Below, one piece after another: positions 46,396 to 56,172 of a stretch of 64,000 nucleotides of DNA (positions are counted from its first letter, which is position 1; each line of letters starts with the position of its first letter). Location: positions 1,376,001-1,440,000 of the forward strand of contig CAWANH010000028.1 in assembly GCA_963783375.1 (NCBI GenBank), written 5' to 3'. The DNA is from Candidatus Eiseniibacteriota bacterium. GTDB lineage: Bacteria > Eisenbacteria > RBG-16-71-46 > JABDJR01. The notes beneath the pieces were generated by a model. That model did no database searches, had not been told where the DNA came from, and saw nothing but the letters and a program-made list of their open reading frames with translations. Position numbers and translations under genes: made by a program.

Positions 46396-46459
46396 CTCGG
46401 AGCACGGATCGGATCACCAGCTCGCGCGCTGGAGTCGTCGTTCGATGTCCTTCAGGTTC

Positions 46460-47134
46460 TCAATGCTTGAAGCGGCGCCGGCTTCCCCACGCGGCAAGGA
46501 GTCCTCCCCCCAGGAGGAGCAGGGTCGAGGGTTCCGGGACCTCGGGGACGGAGCTCTCGTTGGGCCGCTGGGCCACGAGGAAAGGCTGGTTGAAGCCGCC
46601 GTTGTCGCGGAGCCCGTAGCTCAGCACGTTCGTGCCGCCGTCTCCGGCCACGTACCCGCCGTAGAAGTCCAGGAAGTCCCGCTGGTCGGTGAGCTCGTCC
46701 GCCAGGCAGCTCTGAAACGCCGTCGAGGTGCGGGGGATGTTGAACGCCTGGGCGAAACTCAAGCCGTCCTGGTCGTTGGAGGTGGTGAACCCCGACGGGA
46801 CCCAGGCCGGCTGGGGGCTGGGGTCGTAGCGGTCGAAGTAGTCGCCCATAGGATCCAGCAGTTCGTTGGCGAAGCGGCCCCAGCCGACTCCGGTGAGATT
46901 GGTCAGGTGCTTGTTGAGGGTGTAGTCCACGCCGGCGGCAAGGCCTGTGAACTCGAGGAAGCCGTAGCCCTGGGCCCCCCAGGTTTCGTAGACGTCGATG
47001 GTGTTGCCGCTCACCGAGTACGTCATGCTGGTGATGCCGACGTTGCTCGAATAGAGCGTCACGGTCACGGCCTGGGCGGGAACCGCCCCCAGAATTACCA
47101 GGGCGGCGCCCAAGACCAGAATCCTGGTTCGCAT
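46460..47134 (-). CDS. PEP-CTERM sorting domain protein
   Basis: Signal peptide; C-terminal VPEVPEPSTLLLLGGGLLAAWGSRRRFKH; AAGGAG RBS. Confidence 0.9.
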   Translation of the reverse strand: MRTRILVLGAALVILGAVPAQAVTVTLYSSNVGITSMTYSVSGNTIDVYETWGAQGYGFLEFTGLAAGVDYTLNKHLTNLTGVGWGRFANELLDPMGDYFDRYDPSPQPAWVPSGFTTSNDQDGLSFAQAFNIPRTSTAFQSCLADELTDQRDFLDFYGGYVAGDGGTNVLSYGLRDNGGFNQPFLVAQRPNESSVPEVPEPSTLLLLGGGLLAAWGSRRRFKH

Positions 47135-47201
47135 GACGATCATCTCCTTGCGCGAGGATGGGTAATCCGCCCTGACAGCGCACGTGCCCGCTGGCTGATA
47201 T

Positions 47202-47217
47202 TGCAATCCGCGGGCCA
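47202..47217 (-). promoter_or_regulatory. Sigma54 -24/-12 promoter of the PEP-CTERM gene
   Basis: TGGCCCGCGGATTGCA (GG-N10-GC), with a TTGT-N11-ACAA palindrome upstream at 47306-47324. Confidence 0.65.
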
Positions 47218-47982
47218 TCGGAGCAGAAAAGGTGCAGCTCTAACCCGATTCTGAACAACCGCTTAGGAATTGGTAGTAAATCAATCACTACAGTCTCCCT
47301 GAAAGTTGTAATCAATCTCGACAATGCGGGTCGATCAGGGCAAGTTCTTGAGCCAGCTAAATACTTAACGCTATGATTGTATGCGTGTTACTGGTGTTCT
47401 GGGTTCAGCATCGTTCCCATCTAAATTCGTAAACTTTGGAGACGGCTCGAATCCCCTAGGTAACCCGTGTTGCCGATGTGGGTTGTGGGCTCCCTGGTCC
47501 GGGGTAGGGTCCGGGGCCCCAGAGGGGAAGCACCCTAGGCTGCGGGTTGACCCCAGTGACCGCTTCCCCCTCCCGTAAGCACAGCAGATCCGCCCAGAGT
47601 GAGGACGCCCCGCGGCCGCGGTTTGGCGCGGCGAAGGGCGACTCACCTACCTCGACATACCGATGCTCGCCTCTCCGGTTTCCCGGCGTGAACGCTCCCT
47701 CTTCATCCAGCATGGAGGTTGCGATCGTGCTTTCGCCCCGGACTCGACTTCGGCCGGCCGGTTTTCGATGACTCGAGGTAGACCAGACTCTCCCGGGACC
47801 GTGCACGATCAGGCACGCATTCAGGACCATGCAACTCACCTTTCAAGGCGCCGTTTGTTACGAAGCTTTCGAGCGGACCGGGTAAAATAGCGGGGTAGAC
47901 CGGGGTCGCGCGGGGGGCTTGTGTCGCCTGAGGCACCCGCAGGGTAGAAGGGATCGCGCTTCGGCGCGCACAGGGAGGATGC

Positions 47983-49182
47983 ATGAAGTCGAACAACCTG
48001 GGATTTACTTCCAAGCTCGTTCACGCGGGAACCGAAAAGGACCCGATGGGAAGCGTGGTCACGCCGATCTACCAGACGTCCACCTTCGCGTTCGAGAACA
48101 CGCAGCAGGGAGCGGATCGATTTGCGGGCCGGGATGACGGTTTCATCTACACCCGGATCGGAAACCCCACCATCCGCGCTCTCGAGGACTGCGTGGCCGC
48201 GCTGGAGGAGGGGGTCGGGGGAGTGGCCACCAGTTCGGGGATGGGGGCGGTGAACACCGTGTGCATGGCCCTTCTCGAGACCGGCTCCCACGTGGTCAGC
48301 ACCGCCTCGGTCTACGGTCCCTCGCGGACGTTGATGGAGAAGCATCTGCGGAAGTTCGGAATCTCGGCCACGTTCGTGGATACCTCGGATCTTCAGGCCG
48401 TCCGCGACTCCCTCCGGCCGGAGACCCGCCTGGTGTACGTGGAGACGCCGTCCAACCCGATGATGCAGGTCACGGACATCGAGGCGATGGCCGCGCTCGC
48501 CCACGAGCACGGCGCGCTCCTGGCCGTGGACAGCACCTTCGCCTCGCCCTACCTCCAGAAGCCGTTGCTCCTGGGCGCGGACGTCGTCCTGCATTCGGTG
48601 ACCAAGTTCATCAACGGGCACGCCGATGTGGTGGGGGGGATCCTGGTGGCTCGTGACGAAGCCGTGCTCCGGCAGCTGCGGAACGTGATGGTGCTCACCG
48701 GGTGCAACATGGACCCGCACCAGGCGTACCTCGTCCACCGCGGAATCAAGACGCTGTCGCTGAGGATCGAGCGGTCCCAGGCCAACGCGGGGACGATCGC
48801 CCGGTGGCTCGAATCCCGCCCGGAGATCTCCTGGGTCCGCTACGGCGGCCTTCCCTCGCATCCCCAGTACGATCTGGGCCGGCGGCAGATGAAGGGCCCG
48901 GGCTCGATGATCAGCTTCGAATTGAAAGGCGGGCTGGAGGCCGGTATCCAGCTCATGAACAACGTGCATCTGGCCGCCCTGGCCGTCTCCCTGGGCGGGG
49001 TGGAGAGCCTGATCGAGCATCCGGCGTCCATGACCCACGCCGGCGTTCCCCGGGCCGACCGGGTGGAAGCCGGGATCACCGACGGCCTGGTGCGCTACTC
49101 GGTGGGCATCGAGGAACCCGTCGATCTCATCGCGGACCTCGAGCAGGCCCTGGAAGCCGTGCTCGAGCCCGCGGAGACCTAG
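47983..49182 (+). CDS. Methionine gamma-lyase / trans-sulfuration PLP enzyme
   Basis: PIYQTSTF, YTRIGNPT, SSGMGA, ETPSNP, HSVTKFINGHADV, LAVSLGGVESLIEHPASMTH. Confidence 0.9.
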   Translation: MKSNNLGFTSKLVHAGTEKDPMGSVVTPIYQTSTFAFENTQQGADRFAGRDDGFIYTRIGNPTIRALEDCVAALEEGVGGVATSSGMGAVNTVCMALLETGSHVVSTASVYGPSRTLMEKHLRKFGISATFVDTSDLQAVRDSLRPETRLVYVETPSNPMMQVTDIEAMAALAHEHGALLAVDSTFASPYLQKPLLLGADVVLHSVTKFINGHADVVGGILVARDEAVLRQLRNVMVLTGCNMDPHQAYLVHRGIKTLSLRIERSQANAGTIARWLESRPEISWVRYGGLPSHPQYDLGRRQMKGPGSMISFELKGGLEAGIQLMNNVHLAALAVSLGGVESLIEHPASMTHAGVPRADRVEAGITDGLVRYSVGIEEPVDLIADLEQALEAVLEPAET

Positions 49183-49399
49183 ACGAGGGTCCGGACGGCG
49201 CTCTTGGGAACCCGCCGGATGGCGGAGGGGGACGCCGCCGGCGCAGCGAAGACCGCCTTCACCCCTGGCGCCCGGCCACGCGGTTCGTGGTCGGGCAGAC
49301 GTGCCGATGCAGGGACCGCTCATCCGGGCCGCCGGATGGCGCCACCTCGCCGCGCACGGTCACCAACCAGAATCGAGCCCGTAGCTTGGAAACCCCCAG

Positions 49400-50280
49400 A
49401 TGAAGGCGCTTGTCGTGTTGAACCGGGCGGCCGGGCAGGAAGCCCACCAATCGGTGCGGGTGGCGCTCGGCCGGCGGTTCGGGGCCTCCCCGATCCGGTA
49501 CGTGGTCCACGAGACCGTGAAGGACGAGAAGACCGGTGAGATCGTGCGGGCCCGCCTGGGGGATGGCTTCGATCTGGTCGTGGCCGCGGGGGGGACGGGA
49601 CGGTTTCCGACGTCATCGATGGACTGGTGGGAACCACGGTCCCGCTCGGAATCATCCCGACCGGGACCGGGAACCTGATTGCCCGCGAGCTCGGTATTCC
49701 AACCGACGTCGACGATGCGGTCGCCCTCATCACCGCCCCCCACCGGTCGAGAAGCATCGACGCGATGCGGATCGGCGAGCGTGTGTTCATCCTGAACGTC
49801 AGTGTCGGGGTCAGCGCATCCGTCATCGGAGGCACGACGCCCAAGTACAAGAGCCGCTTCGGCCGCGTCGCCTATACCTGGACCGTCATTTCGAAGCTCT
49901 TCACGTTGAGGCCTCGGCGCCTCACCGTCGCGGTAGACGGTACCGCCCATGAGTATCACGCGTTCGAGGTGGCGGTCATGAACTGCGGGATCCTCGCCAA
50001 GATGCTGTATCCGAAGGGGCCCGAGATCAGCATCGACGACGGTCGTCTGGACGTTCTGGTCCTCGGGATCAGGACCATTCGCGACTATCCCCGCTACGTT
50101 CTCGGTGTCGTCTCGGGCCGGAGGCCGGACATCGTGTCGCGTTTCCTCACCGCGGAAAGAAGCGTCACCATCCGGAGCGCCCAGCCGGTGCCGGTGCAGG
50201 CCGACGGGGACATGATCGGTAGCAGCCCGATCGAGATCGAACTATTGAGGGGTGCGGTCAGCGTGCTCGTACCGCTTTGA
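49400..50280 (+). pseudogene. Diacylglycerol kinase (YegS/BmrU-like) lipid kinase, frameshifted in a G7 run
   Basis: MKALVVLN... and LGIIPTGTGN...QADGD are in different frames. One extra G at 49588-49594 restores the AAGGDGTV motif. Possibly a sequencing error. Confidence 0.8.
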
Positions 50281-50283
50281 AAG

Positions 50284-50313
50284 CGGGCGCGGGTGCCCTC
50301 CGACCCGCGCCCG
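50284..50313. terminator. Hairpin between convergent genes
   Basis: CGGGCGCGGGT-N8-ACCCGCGCCCG. Confidence 0.45.
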
Positions 50314-50393
50314 GCACTTCCCTTGCACCGCCCGGCCGCGCCGTCACGTGATTTCCGGCACCCTCATGGCCGCGACGTGAACGGCCTTGTCGC

Positions 50394-50753
50394 CTAGGAC
50401 GGCTTGCCCTTCAGGGCGAGAATCGTCGGGGCCACCAGGCCGATGAGGACGCCGGCCCCGACTGCGATCCCCAGGGCCATGAGCGGGTGGCTCACAACCC
50501 GGCTACGGAAAGCCGTGGTCGCGAGCCTGTCGTGCGCCCTCGCCGTCCGGATCGTGATCCGTCCGGTTTCCTTGACCGCGGCCGCTCCGGAGTCGGCCAC
50601 CTGGCGTGCATCCTTGGCCATTCTGACGAAGTCGCTCTGCAGCCGTCCGAAATCCATGCCGAGTGTCTGCATGTTGCTCGGGGGTTGTGTTGCGCTGGTG
50701 GGTCCGCCGTCGGTCCCCGGCTCGCTCGTGGTCAAAGTACTCGCCTTCGGCAA
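50394..50753 (-). CDS. Small membrane-anchored protein, DUF883/ElaB-YqjD-like
   Basis: C-terminal HPLMALGIAVGAGVLIG; GAGG before the TTG start. Confidence 0.55.
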   Translation of the reverse strand: MPKASTLTTSEPGTDGGPTSATQPPSNMQTLGMDFGRLQSDFVRMAKDARQVADSGAAAVKETGRITIRTARAHDRLATTAFRSRVVSHPLMALGIAVGAGVLIGLVAPTILALKGKPS

Positions 50754-50882
50754 GGAGTGCCTCTTCGTTCCGCGCGTTCATGGGCCGAGCACGCTGTCTA
50801 CCGTCTCCTGGGGCACCCGCGACTGCCCCCCGCTCCCTCGACGCAGCCCTCTCCGCGTCGGCGGTGACCGACGAACGGCCGC

Positions 50883-51911
50883 CTACGGCTTGACCGGGTT
50901 TTCAAGGACGATTTCGACTCGCCGGTTGTTGGCCCGCCCCTCGCTGGTGGCGTTGCTGGCAATCGGGTGTTCCTCGCCCATTCCGTTCGCCTGCACGCGA
51001 CCCGACGGATAGCCCTTGTGAATGAAGTAGTTGCGAACGGCGTCCGCGCGCCGCTGCGACAGCTCTTGATTGTATTGATCGGACCCCTGGGAATCGGTGT
51101 AGCCCTCTACCACGATGTTGCGATCGGGGATCGAGACCAGGGCGGCGACGACCTGATCGAGCTTCGACTCAGCGCCGGGCATGAGCCGGGCCTCACCCGA
51201 GCGGAAGAGCACGGTTCCCGAAAGGGTGATGATCATCCCGCGGGCCTCTTCCCTGACCGCGGCGAGCTTTGCGAGCGCGGCCTGGGCATCGGCCGCCTGC
51301 TTCTCGGCCTGGGCCCGGGCGCTCTGCTCCGCTTCGAGTTGAGCCTGAGTCGCCTGGCCGCTCTGTTCCGAGAGCGCCAACGCGGTCCGGGTCTGGTTCA
51401 GATCCTGCGCCACCCCTTGGGTCCGCATGCGTTCCGCCGCGGCCTTGTCATCCGCGACCGCCCGGGCCCTCTTCTCGGCCGCGAGTTGCGTCGCCGTCTC
51501 CTGGCGGTTCTGCTCCGACGCCGCGAGTGCGGTCTGCGTCCGGTTCAGGTCTTCGGTCTTCTCCTGGAGAAGATTCCCTTGAGTGGCCTGATAGGCCTTG
51601 TCCGCCTGCGCCGTGCGCGCCTGCTCGATGGCGATGGATGCCTGCGCCTCGGCGATCTCGGCCTTCCGCTGGGCTACATAAGCGAGGTCGCGGGTACGGT
51701 ACGACTTGGCGTCCTTGGAGAAGGATGCCTCGGCCTGGGCCAGCGCCTTCTCCGCGGTGTGCAGGTCCGCGGGGGCCATCTGGGCCGCCGGTCCCTCGCT
51801 GGCATGAGCGTAAGCCAGGCGCGCACTGGTGAGTTCGCTGGGGACGGTGGCGGCACAGCCGAAGAAGGAGGCTGCACACGCGATGGCGATCAATGCTCCG
51901 GTGATTCTCAT
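50883..51911 (-). CDS. DUF4398-like plus OmpA C-terminal domain lipoprotein
   Basis: Lipobox FFGC, coiled coil, VEGYTDSQG, NQELSQRRA, GRANNRRVEI. Confidence 0.9.
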   Translation of the reverse strand: MRITGALIAIACAASFFGCAATVPSELTSARLAYAHASEGPAAQMAPADLHTAEKALAQAEASFSKDAKSYRTRDLAYVAQRKAEIAEAQASIAIEQARTAQADKAYQATQGNLLQEKTEDLNRTQTALAASEQNRQETATQLAAEKRARAVADDKAAAERMRTQGVAQDLNQTRTALALSEQSGQATQAQLEAEQSARAQAEKQAADAQAALAKLAAVREEARGMIITLSGTVLFRSGEARLMPGAESKLDQVVAALVSIPDRNIVVEGYTDSQGSDQYNQELSQRRADAVRNYFIHKGYPSGRVQANGMGEEHPIASNATSEGRANNRRVEIVLENPVKP

Positions 51912-51931
51912 GAGATGCCCCTTCCGGGTGG

Positions 51932-52285
51932 TCATCGGTTATCGTTCTGAAGCTGGCGCACCCGCGCCATGGCCTCGGCGGCCGCCGTCTGCTCGGTCTG
52001 CTCCTTGGAGAGCAGGGCGGCCAGTTCCGCGTCAGCCTCGGCCCGCAGCAGCATCGAGTCAGCCTTGTCCTTGTCGCCCTTGTCCGCCAGGCTCTTGGCC
52101 TGAGCCAGCTCTTCCCTTGCAAGCTGCAAGTGGAGTGCGGCCTGGGGAACGTCCTTGGCTCCGACCGCCTCCGCCGTGCTTATGGCCGACGTGGACGACT
52201 CGGTTTGCAGGGGAGGATCACTGCCCGCGCAGCCGGCGGCGACGAATGCGAAGAGAAGAGCTCCGTACGTCAATCTGAATCTCAT
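51932..52285 (-). CDS. DUF4398-like lipoprotein
   Basis: Lipobox AAGC; AALHLQLAREEL...RAEADAELA. Confidence 0.82.
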   Translation of the reverse strand: MRFRLTYGALLFAFVAAGCAGSDPPLQTESSTSAISTAEAVGAKDVPQAALHLQLAREELAQAKSLADKGDKDKADSMLLRAEADAELAALLSKEQTEQTAAAEAMARVRQLQNDNR

Positions 52286-52317
52286 TCGGATTTCCTTCCT
52301 TACCGCCCATGGTGGCG

Positions 52318-52974
52318 TCAGAAGTTGTAGCCCAGCGCCAGCGTGGTGGTGAAACCGTTCAACTCGAATCCGTTCAGGGTGTATTCGGTATCGTTCAGCT
52401 TGATCTTCTGATCGCCGAACGACGGGTTGGCCCAGACGTAACGCCCTTCAACTCCCACGAAGAATGCGGGGCTTACGTTGACGTTGAGACCGACTCCGGT
52501 ATGAAGCCCGAAGGTCGTGCTTCCGTTGAACGTGTTGAGATTGTTGCTGACATCGACCTTCGTGAAATAGGCGCCGATGCCCAGCTCACCGTAGGGGTCG
52601 ACCGGTCCCGCCGGCATGAAGGCCTTGGCCGAAACCAGGACCGGAACCACGTCGAAGTCGACCTGATCACTGGTTGCGAGCGGGCCCGTTCCCGCGACGG
52701 AGCCCGTACCCCGGAAGTATCCGATGCCCAGCTCGAGGGCGAAGGTGGGAAGGAAGAAGTGCCCGATGGCGAGTTCCCCGTCCACGCCGGTTCTGGTATT
52801 GCTGTCGAAGGTGGTCTCGACGTTGACATTCGAGAGATTGAAGGACTTGCTGGGCGAGTAGATGCCGCCTTTGAGGGCAACATAGCTGCCGAGCCGGCCG
52901 GCCTCGGAAGCCCGGGGCGCAAGACCGATCACGCTGAAGATGATCAACAAGGCCAAAGAGGATTTCGTCCTCAT
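52318..52974 (-). CDS. Outer membrane beta-barrel protein (OmpA/OmpW-like, small barrel)
   Basis: Signal peptide, alternating strands, PYGELGIG, terminal LGYNF. Confidence 0.85.
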   Translation of the reverse strand: MRTKSSLALLIIFSVIGLAPRASEAGRLGSYVALKGGIYSPSKSFNLSNVNVETTFDSNTRTGVDGELAIGHFFLPTFALELGIGYFRGTGSVAGTGPLATSDQVDFDVVPVLVSAKAFMPAGPVDPYGELGIGAYFTKVDVSNNLNTFNGSTTFGLHTGVGLNVNVSPAFFVGVEGRYVWANPSFGDQKIKLNDTEYTLNGFELNGFTTTLALGYNF

Positions 52975-53127
52975 GGTCGCTCCTTTTGAGGCAACGCGTG
53001 AGTTGCGTCGCCGGGGGCTCCATTCAGGAGCCCTTCGCGGGGGGGATGCCGTGAGGTCAGCGCCGCCTGTTCTCAATCGCAGGCTTGGCGTGCCGCGCTC
53101 CATTCTCCCCGCACGCAGCATTCGTTG

Positions 53128-53143
53128 AGCAATTCGCGTGCCG
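53128..53143 (-). promoter_or_regulatory. Sigma54 promoter (leftward)
   Basis: CGGCACGCGAATTGCT, GG-N10-GC. Confidence 0.7.
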
Positions 53144-53205
53144 GGTGGGAGACCGCATAAGAATCAATACGGCAACCACTTGGAAACGAGGGGGTCCGGC
53201 TTGGT

Positions 53206-53240
53206 CCATCAAAACGATGGGGTGAGCATCATTGTGATGC
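53206..53240. promoter_or_regulatory. Tandem palindromic enhancer-like sites
   Basis: CCATC-aaaac-GATGG and GCATC-attgt-GATGC, 20 bp apart. Confidence 0.55.
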
Positions 53241-53456
53241 GGGTCGGGATGCCGCGGTGGGGCGGAAACCTGATCCCGAACGGCACGAACAACGGGTGGT
53301 CCGGCGGTCGACCGGGGGCCTGGTCGCGGGCAGTTCGGCGATGGCAAAGCCGGTTCACTCCTTGAGGTTGACCCTCATCCGGCGTCGTCGGGATGCTTCA
53401 GGCGTCCGGGGTTGGGGGTTGCGTTCCAACGAGTGGATTACGGGGCAAGGCCGTCC

Positions 53457-53472
53457 CGGCACACTGGTTGCA
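53457..53472 (+). promoter_or_regulatory. Sigma54 promoter (rightward)
   Basis: CGGCACACTGGTTGCA, GG-N10-GC. Confidence 0.7.
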
Positions 53473-53596
53473 GTACCGGATGGTGATCCAATCACGAAGG
53501 GCGCCGGTTCAAGGAGGACCGGGGCGCCCCGCCCGAAAGCATGCCGGGGTCGCTCCCGGACAAGGCTTCGGCCCAACCAAGAAATTGGAGCATCTC

Positions 53597-53998
53597 ATGA
53601 GAATGTACCAAAGGGTCACGTTGGCCTTCATTACCGCCGGGGTGGTTGCGGTCGGCGCCGCAGGGTCCTGCCTTGCGGGAGAGCCGCAACGCAACGTCGT
53701 CGGCGACCAGGAGATCCAGGCCACGATCGACCAGCAAGTCGGCCAGGCCGACGCCGACCGGCTGGCGATTCAGGTCCTGTTGCAACGGGAGGATGTCAGC
53801 CGGATCGCCGGGTCGGCCGGATTGGATCTGGAGCGGGCCAGCGCCGCCGCCGCCGGCCTGTCGGGACCCGACCTGGAAAGGCTGGCGGCTCAGGCCAGAG
53901 GGATCAATGAAGGGTTTGCGGGCGGAGACGGCACCGTCGTGCTTTCCACGACCGCGATCATCATCATTCTGCTGATTCTGATTCTTCTCCTGAACTGA
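53597..53998 (+). CDS. PA2779-like exported protein with a Gly-Gly motif and very hydrophobic C-terminus
   Basis: Signal peptide; LSGPDLERLAAQA...FAGG-DGTVVLSTTAIIIILLILILLLN; GGAG RBS. Confidence 0.75.
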   Translation: MRMYQRVTLAFITAGVVAVGAAGSCLAGEPQRNVVGDQEIQATIDQQVGQADADRLAIQVLLQREDVSRIAGSAGLDLERASAAAAGLSGPDLERLAAQARGINEGFAGGDGTVVLSTTAIIIILLILILLLN

Positions 53999-54009
53999 AC
54001 TCTTCGATC

Positions 54010-56086
54010 GTGAAATCGTGGCGGACAGCCGGCGTTTGCGTGGCGACGGCCGCTCTGGCCTGGCTCACTCCCGCCAGCGCCGAAGCGAAGTCGGTTCGGA
54101 AGAGCGCTCCGGAGACGGTGGAGCTTCTCGACGTACCGTACGTCCCCCAGAGCGGAGAGCTGTGTGGCGGAGCGGCACTCGCCATGGTTCTGCGCTACTG
54201 GGGGAAATCCGGCGTCCTGGCGGAGGATTTCGCCCCGCTTGCGGAGCCGGGAGCGGGCGGTATCCGTACCGGCGCACTGGTGAGGTGGGTCGAGGCCCAT
54301 GGGTGGTCCGCGCTCCGCTTGCCGGGAGCCCCGGCGGAGGTCGAGAGTCATCTTGCCCGGGGCCGCCCGGTCATCGCTCTGATCCGGACCGGTTCGGGCT
54401 CCTACCACTACGTGGTACTCGTGGCCTGGGCCAACGGGTGGGTGATCCTCCATGACCCCAACGTGGGGCCGTTCCGAACCGTTCGGGAAGGGGAGTTCGA
54501 GACCGCCTGGTCGGGAAGCGACGACTGGGCACTCCTGGTCCTGCCGCCTCCCGCGCCTCGGGAGCCGGTCCTGCCGGATTCCGGAGGCGCCGACCTCCCT
54601 CCCCGCGTCATCCCCGATGGATGCGGCGCCTTGGTGGACGCGGGGGTCCTCTTGGCCCGGGAAGGAGACATCGCGGAAGCGGAGCTCAAGCTTCGTGGCG
54701 GCTCAGTCCCTTTGCCCCGAGTCCGCCGTCCCCGCTTCGGGAACGGGCAGGGTTGAGATTTCGTGCCGAGGACTGGGAGGGGGCGGCCGGCTCGCGGAGG
54801 AGGCGCTGGCTCTGGATCCGGGCGATGCCCACTCCTGGCGGCTTCTGGCCGGAAGCCGCTTCCTGGCCGGGGACGTGGAAGGGGCGCTCACGGCCTGGAA
54901 TCACCTGTCCGAACCCAGGATCGACCTGACCCACATCGACGGCCTGAATCGCATCCGCTACTCCGCGGTGGCCGGCCAGCTCGCCTTGCCTCCCGGGCGG
55001 CTCCTCACGCCTCAGGCCTTCCTCCAGGCGCGCCGTCGTCTGGCCGAATTGCCCTCCCAGTCCGATTTCCGGCTGAGCTTGCGGCCCTTGCCGGACGGAA
55101 GGGCTCAAGTGGATGTGTCCGTGCTGGAGCGCCCTCCGCTGTTCGGCGGTTTCTGGGACGCCGGAAACCTGGGCATCCGGGCGCTCCTGGACCGGGAGAT
55201 CACCCTCGACGTCGTGAGCCCCACCGGGAACGGGGAACTATGGAATGCCGGATGGCGGTGGCAGAGGCAACGGCCGCGCGTCGCCCTGGACCTGGCGGTG
55301 CCGGGGGCCGGAGGCCGGCCCGGAATCTGGCATGTGGCCGGATTCTGGGAACGACAGACCTATGCCTATCCGGGGTTCGCCGGCTCGGGTGGCGCGACTC
55401 GTTCCCGGTCGATCCAGGAAGAGCGCCGGCGCACCGCCCTGTCCATTTCCGATTGGATCGGCCCGAATTTCCGGCTCGAGGTCGGGAGCGCCCTGGACGA
55501 GTGGGTGGGTCGGGGATCCCATCTTTCACTGGAGGGTAGCGTCGAGACCCGATGGGCACGAGACCGCCTGGCATTGGGGGCAAGGGGAGCAAGGTGGATG
55601 AGCCTCGCGGACGGCGCCCCGTTCGGCGCCGGCGGCCTCTCGCTCACCTGGTGCTCGGATGGTCTCGAGAGGCGCGAGGGGTGGCAGGGCGGTCTGGAAG
55701 TATCCGCCGCTACCCGGGAGGCTCCACTGGCTCTCTGGTCCGGAGCCGGAACCGGGTCCGGGCGTACCCCGCTCCTCAGGGCTCACCCGCTGCTGAACGG
55801 GGGGGTTCTGGAAGGGCGGGTGTTCGGGCGGGCGCTTGCTCACGGGACGATCGAGAGGCAGGTGTGGTCGCACAGCCTCGGTCCCTTCCGTCTCGGCTGG
55901 GCGGTCTTCGTCGACGGGGCCAAGCCATGGGACCTGGGGCGCCCGGGCCGGGTCCCGTGGCAGGTGGACGGCGGAACGGGGCTCCGGGTTCACGGTCCGG
56001 GAATGAAGGGGAAACTCAGGGTCGACGCCGCCCGCGGGCTTCTCGACGGGAGCTCGGCGGTATCCGTCGGTTGGAGCATTCCCTGA
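54010..56086 (+). CDS. C39-like cysteine peptidase-TPR-POTRA-Omp85-type beta-barrel fusion (frameshifts at about 54690-54790)
   Basis: VPYVPQSGELCGGAALAMVLRYWG, YHYVV, HDPN; TPR helix pair readable across three frames; POTRA (IDGLNRIR...ARRRLAEL...VDVSVLERP); barrel end FVDG...GTGLRV...LRVDAARG...VSVGW. Confidence 0.72.
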
Positions 56087-56172
56087 GCGGGGGCACCCTT
56101 CTCGATCTCGCCCAGAGCCTTCACGGGGCTGGCGACAATGCTGCTCCGCACACCTCCTGACCAGAGTCTCTC

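Noticed and set aside
47445-47461. tRNA T-arm-like GGCTCGAATCCCCTAGG
   Set aside because: The T-stem does not pair fully and no cloverleaf can be built.
47490-47980. SAM or c-di-AMP riboswitch upstream of the Met gamma-lyase-like gene
   Set aside because: Only scattered short similarities. The core elements (SAM-I GCAACC/GUGC junction, ydaO GUCAGCUAAC) are absent.
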